Below, in pieces: positions 13,545 through 27,217 of a stretch of DNA of 64,000 nt. The stretch's first letter is position 1. Each line of letters begins with the position of its first letter. The stretch lies in assembly GCA_964016885.1 (NCBI GenBank), contig OZ024740.1, forward strand, positions 333,188,001 to 333,252,000, read 5' to 3'. The notes beneath the pieces are model-generated. The model searched no databases. It had not been told where the DNA came from and saw only the letters and a list, made by a program, of their open reading frames with translations. This DNA is from Eledone cirrhosa. Taxonomy: Eukaryota. The translations under genes and the position numbers were made by a program.

Positions 13545-15660
13545 AGAAAGGATAAAAACGACGATTGACTTTTCCTTCATTGCATTTATTGATAGGTGAC
13601 GCGCGTTTCGCCACTGATCAGCTCAAGGTTCGATCTATATCGATCCTACCCGACTCAATAATCGGCAGCTCGACGGACCCTCTTAAAATGCTATAAGAAA
13701 ATGAAATACATGCTATGGGGTAAAGTCAGAGTTTCAAGAGTTTGACAAAATGAGTTGTTTTGATTGGTGGGAAGGATCAAGGCGATGTACTGGCCTGTAG
13801 TGTATATGAGGGTGGGTGTGATGGTGGGATGTTGGTGACGGTCTGTGGATGAGGTGGGCTGTGGTGTGGTGGGTTGGCCTTGGTGTGTAGAGTATGTGGG
13901 GGTGGATGTGATGATATGGTGGTGGTTAAGGTTATTTAGTGGGATGGGCTGTGGTGTGAGGTTAGTGGATTGTCAGTAGACGGGTTGGCGTGTGGGTGGG
14001 GGTGTGGTAGTGGTGCCGTTGTCTATGGTAGCGGCGTTTGTGGTGGTGTGGTGGACGTATTGGTGGCGTCAAGGTCCTTACATAGATACATAGCTAGACG
14101 CTCTTCGTCTGACAGATACTTTGTATATTAGTATACGTACACACATATATGTATATATGTGCACATATATTGTTGTATAAACACACACAACACAAAACAC
14201 ATACGCACATCCTTGCCCACACACATCGACACTCGCTCATACACAGCCATATGTATATGTACTCACATGTACGTGCATGCGCGGATGCGGACACCAATAT
14301 GGAGAGTGGGGGAGTATCGGTGGGGGTGGCGAACGACAGAGATGGGGGGAAGGTGAGAGGCAATGTAGAAGGTGTTTTACATATATACATACACATACAT
14401 ACACATGGGTATGGGCACATGGACTCACACTCATGTATGCAAAATATACACATACACACTCACACACACGTATACTCACACATATATATATACATATATA
14501 TATATACACACACATGTACAGACAGCACACACATACACGCACATGTACACATACATGCACATATATGAGCTCACCCACACATACAGTTAGATTCACCCAT
14601 ATACATACATGTAGACGTACACATACACACACATACATACACATACATATATACACACACATACACATACGCATACACATACACATATATATACAGATAT
14701 ATATATACACACATATAGATATATGTATACACATGTGTTCACATACACACACACATACATATAAATATGCGTACACGCACGCACACTTAAACGGCCGTAT
14801 GTGTAAAAATACTTACACACAGACACACACACTATTGTTGGTTGGGGAGTGGAGGTATGTGTTGTCGGTGTTGATGAAGTATGGAGTTGTGTTTTGTGGT
14901 GGTGGTGGAGTTGTGAGGGACAAAATATATATACCGGATCGAATACCGGTTAAAAGGTGACATAGGGAACACTGGGGAGAAGCGTTTATGGACGTACGGC
15001 GATGTGTGTTGTGGACATGGTGATGGTGGCGGTGCTGGGGTGATATGTTCGGCAAGATGATTACATGATCAGAGGTTACAGTGTGTTATAGGGTAGGCAG
15101 ACGGGGGGTGGGGGATATATAATACAGTCGATCTGGGAGCGAGGGATGATATGTGTTGATGATGTTAATGATAATGATTGTTGAAGTATGTGGATGTATC
15201 TAGTGGTGGCGGTGGTTGTGTGTGCGTGCGACAGTACAATTACAGGGTCGAATTTAGCGTGGGGTTGTAGGTTAGGGTAGATAGAGGGAACATGGGGGGA
15301 TGAGGTTGTAGGCGTGTATGGTAGGCATATGACGATGTGTGGTGTGGTGGTGGTGGTGCCGATGGTGTGATATGATCGACATTGTATCTACAAGGTCCCT
15401 TGTCATTGTGGATTGCAAGGTAGAACGTATCATAGGATACCGATCTAATACGATGTTGCAACGATGAGGAGTGTATGTTGATGTGTGCGGCATGATATAC
15501 AAATGCGGGCTTAGAAATGGTTACATGGAGTACAATACAATAAGTTCATTGAGGTGGGCGATGTTGAGACGGGGTGTAGGTGGTTATTAATATGGTGTGT
15601 CATGGTTACTGTGATTTTTGGTGTGGGTTATGTATGCGGCATGATATATAAAATACGGGC
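13545..15660 (-). mobile_element. Probable PLE 3' region/pLTR (GT-rich, non-coding)
   Basis: Composition resembles the 3' region of the PLE at 1-1200 and it ends in an HHR motif. No coding motif was recognised. Confidence 0.4.
13594..13680 (-). ncRNA. Degenerate hammerhead ribozyme at the end of a PLE-type tail
   Basis: Minus strand: ggt-CCGTCGA-gctgccgatt...gatcagtggc-GAAAC-gcgc-GTC-acc. The first core box is mutated. Confidence 0.6.
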
Positions 15661-16019
15661 TTACATATGGTTAAATTCAATGCAATGAAATAAGATAATT
15701 ATTATAAGATTATTATTATTATTATATAAAAACTGAACTGGACTGGGAAAAGTCAACAGTTGACATGATTTTGATTTTGTATTTGTATCAGTACTGCCGG
15801 TAATATATATATATATATGTGTGTCTTTGTGAGTGGTGTGTGTGTTTGTATGCATGAATGAGTGTTGGTATATGAGTGGCGTGTGTGTGTTTGTGGTTTG
15901 TATGCATGAGTGTTGGTGTGTGAGTGTGTGTGTGTGTGCGTCGTGTCAATAAGATCTTTTTTTTTTTTAATGACCATGCTGTAAAATGGAGGGGTAGAGA
16001 GAGCCCTTGAGTCTAGTAA

Positions 16020-19000
16020 GACATCCTCTCTAGTGCTGGTGGCACAAATAAAAGCACCCAGTCCATGCTGTAAAGTGGCGCTGGTGTTAGGAAGGGCATC
16101 CAACTAGTGTATCAATGCCAAAACGATTATCAGCACAGCAACAAATAGGAGCAACAACAAAATATGAAGACGTCGCATCCCAGAGTTGCAACACTTAATG
16201 TTGGCACTCTCAGAGGTAGATCTGCTGAAATAGCTGAGATGCTGAAGAGAAGGCAGGTGGATGTGTGCTGCGTGCAAGAGGTGAGATGGAGAGGTGCCTC
16301 TGCGAGACTAGTCATAGGCAAACGTCTTAGCTATAAGCTATTCTGGGTAGGTAAGGATGATGGGTTAGGGGGAGTAGGCATTTTCCTGGCTGAGAAACGG
16401 ATTAATAAGACAATAGACGTAGTTCGAGTTAGTAATCGAATAATTAAGCTTAGATTAGTTGTAGGCAGGAGACTACTGACAATCATCTCGGCCTATGCTT
16501 CCCAAGCAGGCCTAGGCAAATATGGGAAAGACTGCTTTTACAAACAACCGCAATGGCAGAGGACGGAGACATCGTTATACTAGCAGGAGACTTCAATGGT
16601 CATGTTGGACAGCTCCAGGATGCTTACTTGGGGTACATGGTGGGCAGGGTTACGGCTCAAGAAATGAAGAAGGAGTGAAACTTCTTGAATTTTGTGATGC
16701 AGGTATATTGACTATTTGCAACACAAACTTCCAGAAACCTGCCAATCACCTAATAACCTAAAAATCTGGTGAGCACATAAGCCAGATTGACTGCTTACTA
16801 GTTAGGCAGCGGGACAGGCAGATAGTGTCTAATACCAAGGCATACCCTGGGGAAGAATGTACCCCACAGCATAGATTAGTTGTTAGTGATATCTCAATAA
16901 GCAAGAGATGGAATGAGACATATAGGAAGGTGTGGAGAAGAAAGGTCTGGAAGCTAAAAGAACTTTCACTAAAATACAAATTTAGGAAAGCCCTTCAAGA
17001 TGTATATGACGAAAAAGAAGAGGATTTAGAGACGTATGACATAGATAATAACTGCAATTTCTTACGTGACACTTGCTGCAGGCTACTGATGAAAATTGTG
17101 GCTGGAGCAGAGCTCCAACCAGACAGAGAGTGACCTGGTGGTGGAACAACACAGTAGATACGGCCATTAGAGACAAAAGACTAGCATGGAAGGCTTGGAA
17201 AAAAGGGTGGGAGTAGGGAAGAATATACAGCCACTAAGAGAGAAGCTAGAGGTCAGGTGTACTTAGCACGCATGGAGGCGGAGAGTAGGAGGTTTGCCAA
17301 CGTTCTGCGACGGGAAGATCAGAGGCGTGCGGTGTTTCATATTGCAAGGCAGTGTGTCAATGCAAATCAGGATGTTGTTGGAGATAAATGTGTCCGGGAT
17401 GAAGCCGGTGTACTTAGTGTCACGAATGATCAGAAAAAGGAGGCCTGGAAATGTCATTATGAGAGACTGGTGAATGTGGAGAACAAATGGGAGAGAGAGA
17501 AATTACCCTTAGTAGATCCGACAGAGGGACCAGCTATTGAGATTGACGAATATAGGGTCCAAGAGGCGATTAGGGAAATGAAAAATGGTAAGGCTGCTGG
17601 ACCATCGGGAATAATTGCTGAGATGCTGAAGGCATCGGGGGACGTAGGCACTAAACTGGTTGCACGCATCATCAATCAGGCTATATATGGTGGTGTCATA
17701 CCCAAAGACTGGTGCAGCAGTATTCTCATAAATTGATACAAAGGTAAAGGGGATGCTCTGGAGAGGAGCAATTATAGGGGTATCAAACTGATAGATCAGG
17801 TTATGAAAGTGGAAGAAAGAATATTAGCACAACTAATTAGAGAAAGGGTCAAACTAGATGAGATGCAGTTTGGTTTTGTGCCTGGGAAGAGTTCAACAGA
17901 TGCCCTCTTCTTGGTGAGACAATTGAGAGGGGTTCTTAGAGAAAAATAAGCCACTATACTTAGCCTTTGTTGGCCTAGAGAAGGCCTTTGATAGGGTACC
18001 CCGATCTGTCATCTGGTGGTCCTTAAGGAAGCTAGGTGTTGAGGAATGGCTTGTGAGGACCGTGCAAACTTTGTACAGAGGTACTCTCAGTAAAGTCAGG
18101 GTAGGAATGGAGTTTAGTGAGGAATTCCAGATACAAGTAGGAGTACATCAGGGTTCGGTCCTCAGCCCGCTCTTGTTCATTATAGTCCTCCAAGCCATAA
18201 CAGAGGAGTTTAAGACTGGCTGTCCATGGGAACTTCTCTATGCTGACGACCTCGTTCTTATAGCAGAATCAGTAGAGGAGCTAGAGAATAAATTCTCGCT
18301 ATGGAAACAGCAGTTGGAAGCAAGAGGACTGAGTGTGAACCTAGCTAAGACAAAAGTGTTGATGAGTAGAAAAGAGGACAAAACTCTGATTCTGTCAGGC
18401 AACTGGCCATGTTCGATATGCAGAAAAGGAATTGGCATAAATTCTATAAAATGCACACAATGCAGATCCTGGGTACACAAGAGATGTAGAGGGATAGCAG
18501 GCAAACTAACAGGTAGGGAGAAATATGTATGCAGTAGATGTACAGGGAAATTAGACAGTAGAAGTCGCATTGATAGACACATTTTTCAAATGCAGGAGGG
18601 CTATAGAAGTGGTGGATAGCTTCCGGTACCTAGGAGATCAGATTAGCATGGGAGGAGGATGTTCCGAGGCCATAGTATCTAGAATAAGGACGGGTTGGAA
18701 GAAGTTTAGGGATCTGCATCCTCTGTTGATGAAGAAGGGTTTCTCCCTGCGTACGAAAGGCCGGTTGTATGATGCCTGTGTGAGGAGCGCGATGCTGCAT
18801 GGTAGTGAGACATGAGTGAGGCATGGGCAGCAACTGGAGAGGATATGCGACGGCTGGAGAGAAATGAGGCAGGCATGCTCCGTTGGATGTGCAGTGTAAA
18901 TGTGAGTGAACGACCCAGCATAAATGTGTTGAAAGAGAAACTGTGTCTGAGAGGGATAAATGTAGTGTACGGGAGAGGAGACTGAGGTGGTATGGACATG

Positions 19001-19209
19001 TGATGCGTATGGAGGATGACCGATGGGTGAAGAAGTGCCAGGAAATGCCAGTTGAAGGAAGACTTGGTAGAGGTAGACCACGAAAAACATGGGCGGAGGT
19101 GGTGAAAACATACCTCAGATCATTGAAGCTCACGGTGGAGATGACGAAGGACCGTGACGAGTGGAAAGATGCTGTGCTGAATAAGACCGTCAACTGTTTC
19201 ATTCTTTAG
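16020..19209 (+). mobile_element. Near full-length RTE-clade LINE (APE-RT-Cys/His finger), multiple frameshifts and stops
   Basis: APE motifs VATLNVGTL, CCVQEVRWRG, GDFNGH, SQID and QHRLVV; RT motifs GKAAGPSG, NYRGIKL, QGSVLSPLLF and LYADD; CSIC..CTQC..WVHKRC finger; RLRWYGHV and GRGRPRKTW C-terminus. Confidence 0.95.
16164..19209 (+). pseudogene. RTE endonuclease/reverse transcriptase polyprotein, disrupted
   Basis: Pieces 16164..16583, 16522..16761, 16825..17133, 17257..17736, 18053..18619, 18570..18815 and 18943..19209 are collinear. Confidence 0.9.
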
Positions 19210-19856
19210 AAATCATCAGGAATCTGACTTTCCAAAATAAATGTTGTGCTATTTATATCTGTTCAGGTGGTAGGAGAGGGTGGGGAGTGATATGAGTGGA
19301 AGTCATTGGTTGAAAGAAAAGGGAATTCATTAAAAGCTAATTCTTTAAGGCTATAATTTATATTTAGAGTGACAAAGGCAGAAATAATTCTATAAACAAG
19401 TTCAAATTGGGGTGGCACTCTTTATTTTTAAGTTTCTCTTAAACTAACAATGCCTATATTTCAGATGTCTATAAAATGGTTGGAGGTCGGTCATGGTTGA
19501 TAGATTTAAAGAAAAGGGAAATTATTTAAAAGCTAATTCTTTAAAGCTCTACTTAGAGTGACAAAGGCCAAGAGAATTCTATAAACCAGTTCAAAATATT
19601 GGGTGCCATACAACATAGGTACTACACCATCTATAATAAGAACACAATAATACTCTCCTACTTCACTACTCCTAGCTAGGAATATAGTCAATCACAATTC
19701 TAAAAAATTAAATAAGCCAACCACCTTAATTAAGCCCTACAGTGTCTAGCACCGGCCGATTAACTCACTCGATATGCAAATTGGGCTGCTCAGCCGTTAA
19801 TATGCATAAGGGAAACTATATACTTTCAGACGTTCAACCATCTGGCAGGAAAGTAT

Positions 19857-19899
19857 ACGTTGCTGACGATAGCTAATAAGCTTGAAACTAGTACAGCGT
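19857..19899 (+). ncRNA. Minimal type I hammerhead ribozyme
   Basis: acgttg-CTGACGA-t-agct-aata-agct-t-GAAAC-ta-GTA-cagcgt. Helices I and II pair and helix III is palindromic (ACTAGT). Confidence 0.85.
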
Positions 19900-20017
19900 T
19901 CCTTTGTCAGTGTTGAACAAATGAGCAACGATGGTTGCTAGACACTCTACGGTTTAATTCGGGATGTTTGTTTAAAAACACACCGAGCATTATAATAACT
20001 GTTCGGTGAATCCATAC

Positions 20018-20056
<39 letters not shown>

Positions 20057-20307
20057 CATGTATGTATACATATATATACATACTACTGTACGTCTGTATA
20101 CATATATGTATGTACGTGTACATACTTGTACTTAAGTAACAGCCGTACTAAGAGTGAGAAATGAAATTTCGTTTCATTTTTTCCGTTTATCGTTTTCGGT
20201 ACCCCGACCGATTAACTCACTCGACATGAAAATTGGGCTACTCAGCCGTTAATATGCATAAGGAAAGTATATACTTTCAGACTTTCAACCATCTGACAGG
20301 AAGGTAT

Positions 20308-20350
20308 ACGTTGCTGACGATAGCTAATAAGTGTGAAACTAGTACAGCGT
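20308..20350 (+). ncRNA. Second tandem hammerhead copy (helix II weakened)
   Basis: acgttg-CTGACGA-tagctaataagtgt-GAAAC-ta-GTA-cagcgt. Confidence 0.7.
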
Positions 20351-20580
20351 ACATTTGTCAGTGTTGAACAAACGAGCAACGATGGTTGCTAGACACTGTA
20401 CGGCTTAATTCGGGATGTTACAAACATACCGAGCATTATAATAAATGTTCGGTGAATCCATACGTACATATATATATATGTGTGCATGTATGTATATATA
20501 TATGTATGTACGTATACATACTTATACTTAAGTAACAGCCGTACTAAGAGTGAGAAATGAAATTTCGTTTCATTTTTTCC

Positions 20581-20652
<72 letters not shown>

Positions 20653-20699
20653 GATGGCAGCTAAGATGCTTCCATATGTGGTATGCCGGTTGAGCACTA

Positions 20700-20737
<38 letters not shown>

Positions 20738-21229
20738 TATATATTTGTATGCATTGTATGTAAGGATACACATATAAATGAGTATATTTAAAGCGAGTTA
20801 TTCATCGGTCGGTTAACTCTAGTAACACTATTGCCATGAAGAAACACTTTCTATCATTCTATAAGATGTGCCAATAATCTCGGATATACTGCCAACTTTC
20901 ATTCCAAACAGAGATGATAAATGTTTTCAAAATATAAATAAACTCCAGCAAAACAAATATTCGAATGTTTATGACTCACTGAGGAATAAGTAATCAATTT
21001 ATATATATGGATATAAAATGTGTATCTAAATATCACCTAAGCCACGGAGTAACCACCACCTTTTTTCTACGAAAATAAAACTTATAAACAACTTACGTAT
21101 TATGTGCTCATTCTGTATAGAAACACATGCACATACATACACAGAAATACACAAAAACACAGGCATATTTACACACATACACACACAGACAAACAAACAC
21201 TCACACACCCACACACTCGCACACACACA

Positions 21230-21345
<116 letters not shown>

Positions 21346-23844
21346 CTTGTGTGTACTACATATGAATCATTTTTGTCTTCCGAATGTATGGATGGATCTA
21401 ATACTTGAAACAGCACTGTTTTTCATCAAGTTATTACAATCCACAGGAGCAATAAACTGCTCATATCTAAACATTTTGCCAAATAGTTGGACATTTCTCA
21501 TATGAATGCACTGAAGGAAATCAAACTTTTCATATATATGTATTGGAACATCTACATACATTAAGGTTTTCGGGCATAAATCAAGATTAGATTGAAGCAT
21601 AAACATATTGGAAATATTCCAGACTCTACAACGCACTATACTATATATGTATATGTATATGTATAGATATATACTACACTCAACAAATCTACTGACAACA
21701 ACTTTACACTTCATTTGAGAATCTAAACATAGTTACTCAAAATGCCTGAATTGTGGCACTAAAGTTTTATTTTAAAAATAACTACTCACATCACTGGAAT
21801 AGTTTCTAAAGTGGGTCTGTTTCATGAGCAGTTGTCTATGGATTTAATAAATCTCACGACGTCAACATGAATGTTGAATCTGTTCATTCAAAATCACTAT
21901 CCCCAAATAATATAAAATTGTATTAAAATGATGCATAATGTATATACGTTTCGGTAACGTCATACTAAAACTGTTGCTTATATCAGTATGTCCTCGAATA
22001 TGGCCTTGATATTATACAATGCATTCCACATTATTTGACATGCAGTAAATAACTTAAGAGACATTGCCAAGGAATATAACCCTAATGGAATTCGAATATT
22101 GAAGGTTTGATGTTAGTGACATAGGATTGTCTATATTACACTAACTCTTCGCGTGTATTTCTCTTATGTGTCATACATATATATCATATACGTTTAGACT
22201 ATTTTCCCAAATAGATAGAATTCAGTGTGATCTACCTAAAAGTATCTTTTAGCATATTTTATATTAGATACGTCGGTGTTTTATTTTTTTTCTTTCTTTT
22301 CTTGTTATATTCTTCCATGAAATAACCTACATAAAAATGTAATAAATTCAATCCTATAAATATTTACTTAAACATCAGTAATATTGAAAGCCAATATTCA
22401 GATTCTGGAGGTCATATATGGCCATTCATTTTGCAAAAAACAAATGATATATTGAAGATATCATTGGTTAGTAGAATAAAATTGGATGAATATCGTGTCG
22501 GCAAACCTAAAGTTTGTCCATACGTTGTCGGTCACCTGAACAATGACAAGTTTATGTGGATGGTTGTTTATGAATGGTGTTTATTGGACCAAGTTCAACG
22601 TGACAGTATAAAGGGTAATATTGATCGCCACGGTGTTGGTCACCCTCTCTTTAATAAGGGATCTTATTTCTAGAAAATATCTATACCACTATTGAAGGTA
22701 AAACTAAGCTAATTAAAAACACATAGTAACTTCTAAAAGCACTAGTTCAGGAGTGCATACAAGCAAATTAGACGTCTATCAACTAGGGGTTCTTTAGGGC
22801 GCTAACAGAGACCAATGATCTTACAATTTTGAAAGGCCTAGAATTAACATGAAACCGTTTTGCCAATTACAAGATTGCGGTTTCTTGCTTGGATAGCTTT
22901 CGGAATAACTACCAGCACATATTGATCTCAAGCAATGTGTAAAACATCTTTAAATCCTATTTCATATATTTGTGCGACATGGATAATTCGGAAAATCTGA
23001 TTACAGATTAAAGCATGTGATCAGGATACACCTTTTAACCGCAATGTCACTTGGCGCTTCTTATGAGAATGATACTGTCGATAGTTGCTAAAATTGTTAA
23101 GAAATCCAATCTGTATATAAAATATATGGCCGCTCAAATGATGGATACATTTTTAAACCATCTTTAGCGTAGCTTATATAATATTTCCTACCGATTCATT
23201 TCATTGTAAGTATGTATAATAGCTACACTTTCACACATTATATATGAATATATTGAGCATACATAGTATATACAAATATATTTAGTAGACATTATAATAA
23301 TAAATCAGACCATAATTCATTATTTTGTTTACATTATTTCTTTCGATATTTTAAATAAATCATTGTATTATTCTCAATCTCGACGTCTTTACACTCCGTC
23401 TGGAATTGTCATGAAATCAATCTAAATGTCTGTTAGTTTTCATTTATAAATTCACTCTCAGATTCACTAAAAGAAGTGATATCACATTTATTAACTGAGT
23501 ATAGTATGAAATACATGGACTTGTAACACGATTAATTTTTCATTAATATTTCAACCATGTCACTAGGCAGATGTTGTTTCCATTCCTGTATGTGATTATG
23601 TATACGTTTCTGGTATTAGCTATTGCTATTCTACTTGTTTGGAAAGGTAGTAGTCATGTGCATAACGTTTTGAGCAGCGTACACGTACCTAATTCACTTT
23701 CAAATTTGAAATATTTTCAAACCTTTGTAATTCGATTATATATATATATATGTATATATAGGAAAATGTATGACCCCGACGGAAGAGCTCAAGCCGTTTC
23801 GACGGTTATTTCTGGACTATGGTTCCTTACCACACCCGTTTCGT

Positions 23845-23885
<41 letters not shown>

Positions 23886-24270
23886 AGATCAAAAGATGGT
23901 TAAAAGAGTTCCATGTATTTTATTATGCGCATTTCAAAAACAAATATCATGATGCAATAACATTTGTGTTTTCATCAGATAAAATAAGAAGACATAATAT
24001 GAAGGTTAAAAACACTTGTGGATAGTGCAGTTTTTAATCAACATATGAAAAGTAGTTTTAGATTGATGTGTGTATTTGGGGAAACACATTTTTAGGGGGG
24101 GGAGGGCGTAAGTTGGAAAGGATGAAAAAGAGGAGGAGATGAGAGTAAAAAGTGGAGGGGGAGGAGTATAATGAGGAAGGATGAGATAGGAGGAGAGATG
24201 GGTGATAGAGAGAGCGAGATAGCTTATCCGATATCTGCATTGTTTTATTGTACTACAATAAAACTCACCT

Positions 24271-24329
<59 letters not shown>

Positions 24330-24916
24330 TTAATGGTAGCTATGATGCTTCCATAGGCGGTATGCTAGTTGAGCACTATATGTTCTTACAAGGGACCATA
24401 CACCATACCCTGAATACATTATATGCCCCGTGGGGTAAACCAAAATAACCCAAGATGCACATCCGACTCTGCACGTCACCCTAGGCAGGAACATCGCCTG
24501 AGCCGGGACAGGTTGACCCGGATTCCACGCTCGTTCAGTCAAGTACCTTACACCTATAGGACAACACACCTCATCCACAGTGACATACCTCAATATGACC
24601 GGGCAACGCGCCCCCATGAATGTGTACCTCTTCAATCGTGAATACATACTCTCCACGTGTTCCACTTTGGAACGCATATTGTTTGTTCCGTACACAGACC
24701 TAAGTGTGCATCTCATACTCCCCATGTGTGGTATATCACACGAATACATGTACCTTCTGCTTTCTCCCATCTTTTTTTATATATCTCTATGTGACGTTAT
24801 ATGCATATTTAAATGGATTTTAATATATTGTATATTTATTTTATTGTTTTATATGTGTGTATATGCGTAGGCTTGTGCGTATGTATATGTATGTGTGTGT
24901 GTATGTATATATATAT

Positions 24917-24948
<32 letters not shown>

Positions 24949-25425
24949 GTATATATATGTGTGTGTATATACATATATGTATATGTTACGTGAATGTGTA
25001 TGGATGTATTGTATATTTATTTTATTATATATCTATTCTACTGTATATTGTATTTTTATTTTATTGTATATTGTATATTTATTTTATTGTTTTTATATGT
25101 GTGTATATGTGTAGGCGTATGTATATATATATATATATTTATATATATAAAAGCGAGGATGTGTGTGTGTCTGTGTACAACTTTGCATACTTAAGGCTTT
25201 CACAATTACCAACTGAATTTGACCAAATTTTCTGTGTACGTTGCACAGGTCGCTAAGATTGTCACATCACGAACATTTTTCAAATCGACTCACGTTGACC
25301 AATAAAAGATCGTTATCAACATTATCGGTAGACAAATTGATGTAAGGGAGATAATCTTTATTGACAATCTTTATAAAAAAAGGAGATAACATTTACAAGA
25401 CATACGGGATTGCTGTGATGTTATA

Positions 25426-26379
25426 GGGGATGTCACCCCTCTGCTATCAGGAGACTTCAGACAGACTCTTCCTATAATACCGAAAGGAACAAGAGCAGAT
25501 GCGGTAAATGCATGTCTTAAGTCTTCACCATTGTGGCGACAAGTGACATCATTAAGACTAACTACCAACATGCGTGCAAGGTTGCATGGGGACTCTCAGT
25601 CATCAACATTTTCTGGAGACATTCTTACAATAGGAGATGGTAACCTACCTCCGGATACAGATGGACACATAGCAATTGATCACATCAGCAATGTAGTTGA
25701 AACTGTCAATGATCTCAAGGCGAGTGTATTCCTGAACTTGCGTGATTACTATACGAAGCTTGATTGGCTATGCGAAAGAGCCATTCTTGCACCCACAAAT
25801 ATTACGGTTAGCTGTATTAACAATCAGCTTCTTCAGCTTCTTCCTGGATATCCACGGATATATAAATCTATTGATACTGTATGTGATCCACAGGATGCGA
25901 TCAATTATCCAGTTGAATTTCTAAATTCTTTAAATCTTCCTGGTTTACCTCCTAAAACATTGGTTCTGAAAGAGGGAACACCAGTTATTTTGCTGAGAAA
26001 TATCACTCCTCCAAAACTATGCAATGGTACACGCCTTGTGGTTAAAACACTGTCTCCACTTAGTATTGACGCTACCCTTCTATCCGGATGTGGAAAAGGC
26101 GAGGATGTGATAATAACAAAAATTAGCCTAACTCCATCAGGCGTGGATACTCCCTTCTCCTTTCGCCGAACCCAATTTCACATTCGTGTTGCTTTTGCGA
26201 TGTCCATAAACATGTCGCAAGGTCAAACTCTGTCCGTCGCTGGAATTCACTTGGATGAACCTTGCTTTTCGCACGTGCAATTCTATGTTGCCTGCTCATG
26301 AGTTGGTAGTCGAGATAATCTCTTTGCGTTTGTTCCGAAAAGAAAAACAAAGAATATCGTCTATCCTGAAGTGCTTTAG
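25426..26379 (+). pseudogene. Helitron Pif1-like (SF1) helicase C-terminal part
   Basis: GDFRQTLP, RAILAPTN, YPVEFLNSL, LRNI.PPKLCNGTRL, FAMSINMSQGQTL and YVACS*VG (premature TGA at 26299), ending in TKNIVYPEVL*. Confidence 0.92.
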
Positions 26380-26786
26380 TGTTAACAAAAAAACTTATTA
26401 CAGCTCTGCCTTGACTTCACCTTACTCATTATAAAACATACCAATGAATTTGTCATGCAGGATATTTGGGATTATAAGTTAACAATTTAACCATACACAG
26501 CAAAGGATGCTCTCAAAGAATAGATTTTCTCTTATTCTACTCTCATTGTTTTTTGTTTGTATACAACTCTGCTTTCATTACAACTGTTTGTACTTTAGCA
26601 AAACTGCCTGTTTTTTTACAGATTTGCAACGTGTATTGTCTTTAATCATTTGTATAACTACATCCTGTTCAGTGTTTTCCTTCATTATCAGCATAGTTTT
26701 ATGTATACAAAGATTGCACTAAATATTCGTTTGCATTAATTATTGAAGACTTCTGCTTATGTTGACAGGTTGGTGACAAATAATTG

Positions 26787-26907
26787 TTTCTACTTTAGGC
26801 ACAAGGCCAGCAATTACCCAGTGCATTACTGGTACTTTATTTTATCGACCTCGTAAGGATGAAAGGCAAAGTCAACCTCGGCGGGATTTGAACTCAGATC
26901 GTAAAGG
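26787..26907 (-). mobile_element. tRNA-derived SINE fragment nested in the Helitron
   Basis: Minus strand has B-box GAGTTCAAATCCC followed by GCCGAGGTTGACTTTGCCTTTCATCC; homologous to 55081-55252. Confidence 0.75.
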
Positions 26908-26992
26908 TACCAAATAATGTTCTTCTTTTACTTCCTAGGTGTATATTCTTAGCATAATTTCAAACCCCGAGCAACGCCGGGTACATCTGCTA

Positions 26993-27064
<72 letters not shown>

Positions 27065-27165
27065 ATATGTATGTGTATATATGTGTGTATGTGTATGTGT
27101 GTGTGTGTGTGTATATATGTATGTGTATATATGTGTGTATGTGTATGTGCGTGTGTGTATATGTG

Positions 27166-27217
<52 letters not shown>

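Larger units (their letters stand above)
19756..20586 (+). repeat. Two tandem copies of a ~400-450 bp HHR-bearing unit (retrozyme/pLTR-like)
   Basis: CCGATTAACTCACTCGA at 19756 and 20208; both units end in TTTCGTTTCATTTTTTCCGTTTAT. The same family occurs inverted at 57913-58445. Confidence 0.9.
25138..26993 (+). mobile_element. Internally deleted Helitron
   Basis: The 5' end T(C>T)TATATATATAAAAGCG is Helitron-like. The 3' end has a CCCG-agcaacgc-CGGG hairpin followed by CTAG|T. A Pif1-family helicase C-terminus lies inside and no Rep domain is seen. Confidence 0.88.

Noticed and set aside
17734-17736. In-frame TGA at a Cys position in the RTE ORF (possible Sec)
   Set aside because: The element has many other stops and frameshifts, so ordinary decay explains it.
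22400-23100. Possible host exon (ORF 22431..22673)
   Set aside because: No recognisable domain or convincing splice-consistent frame.
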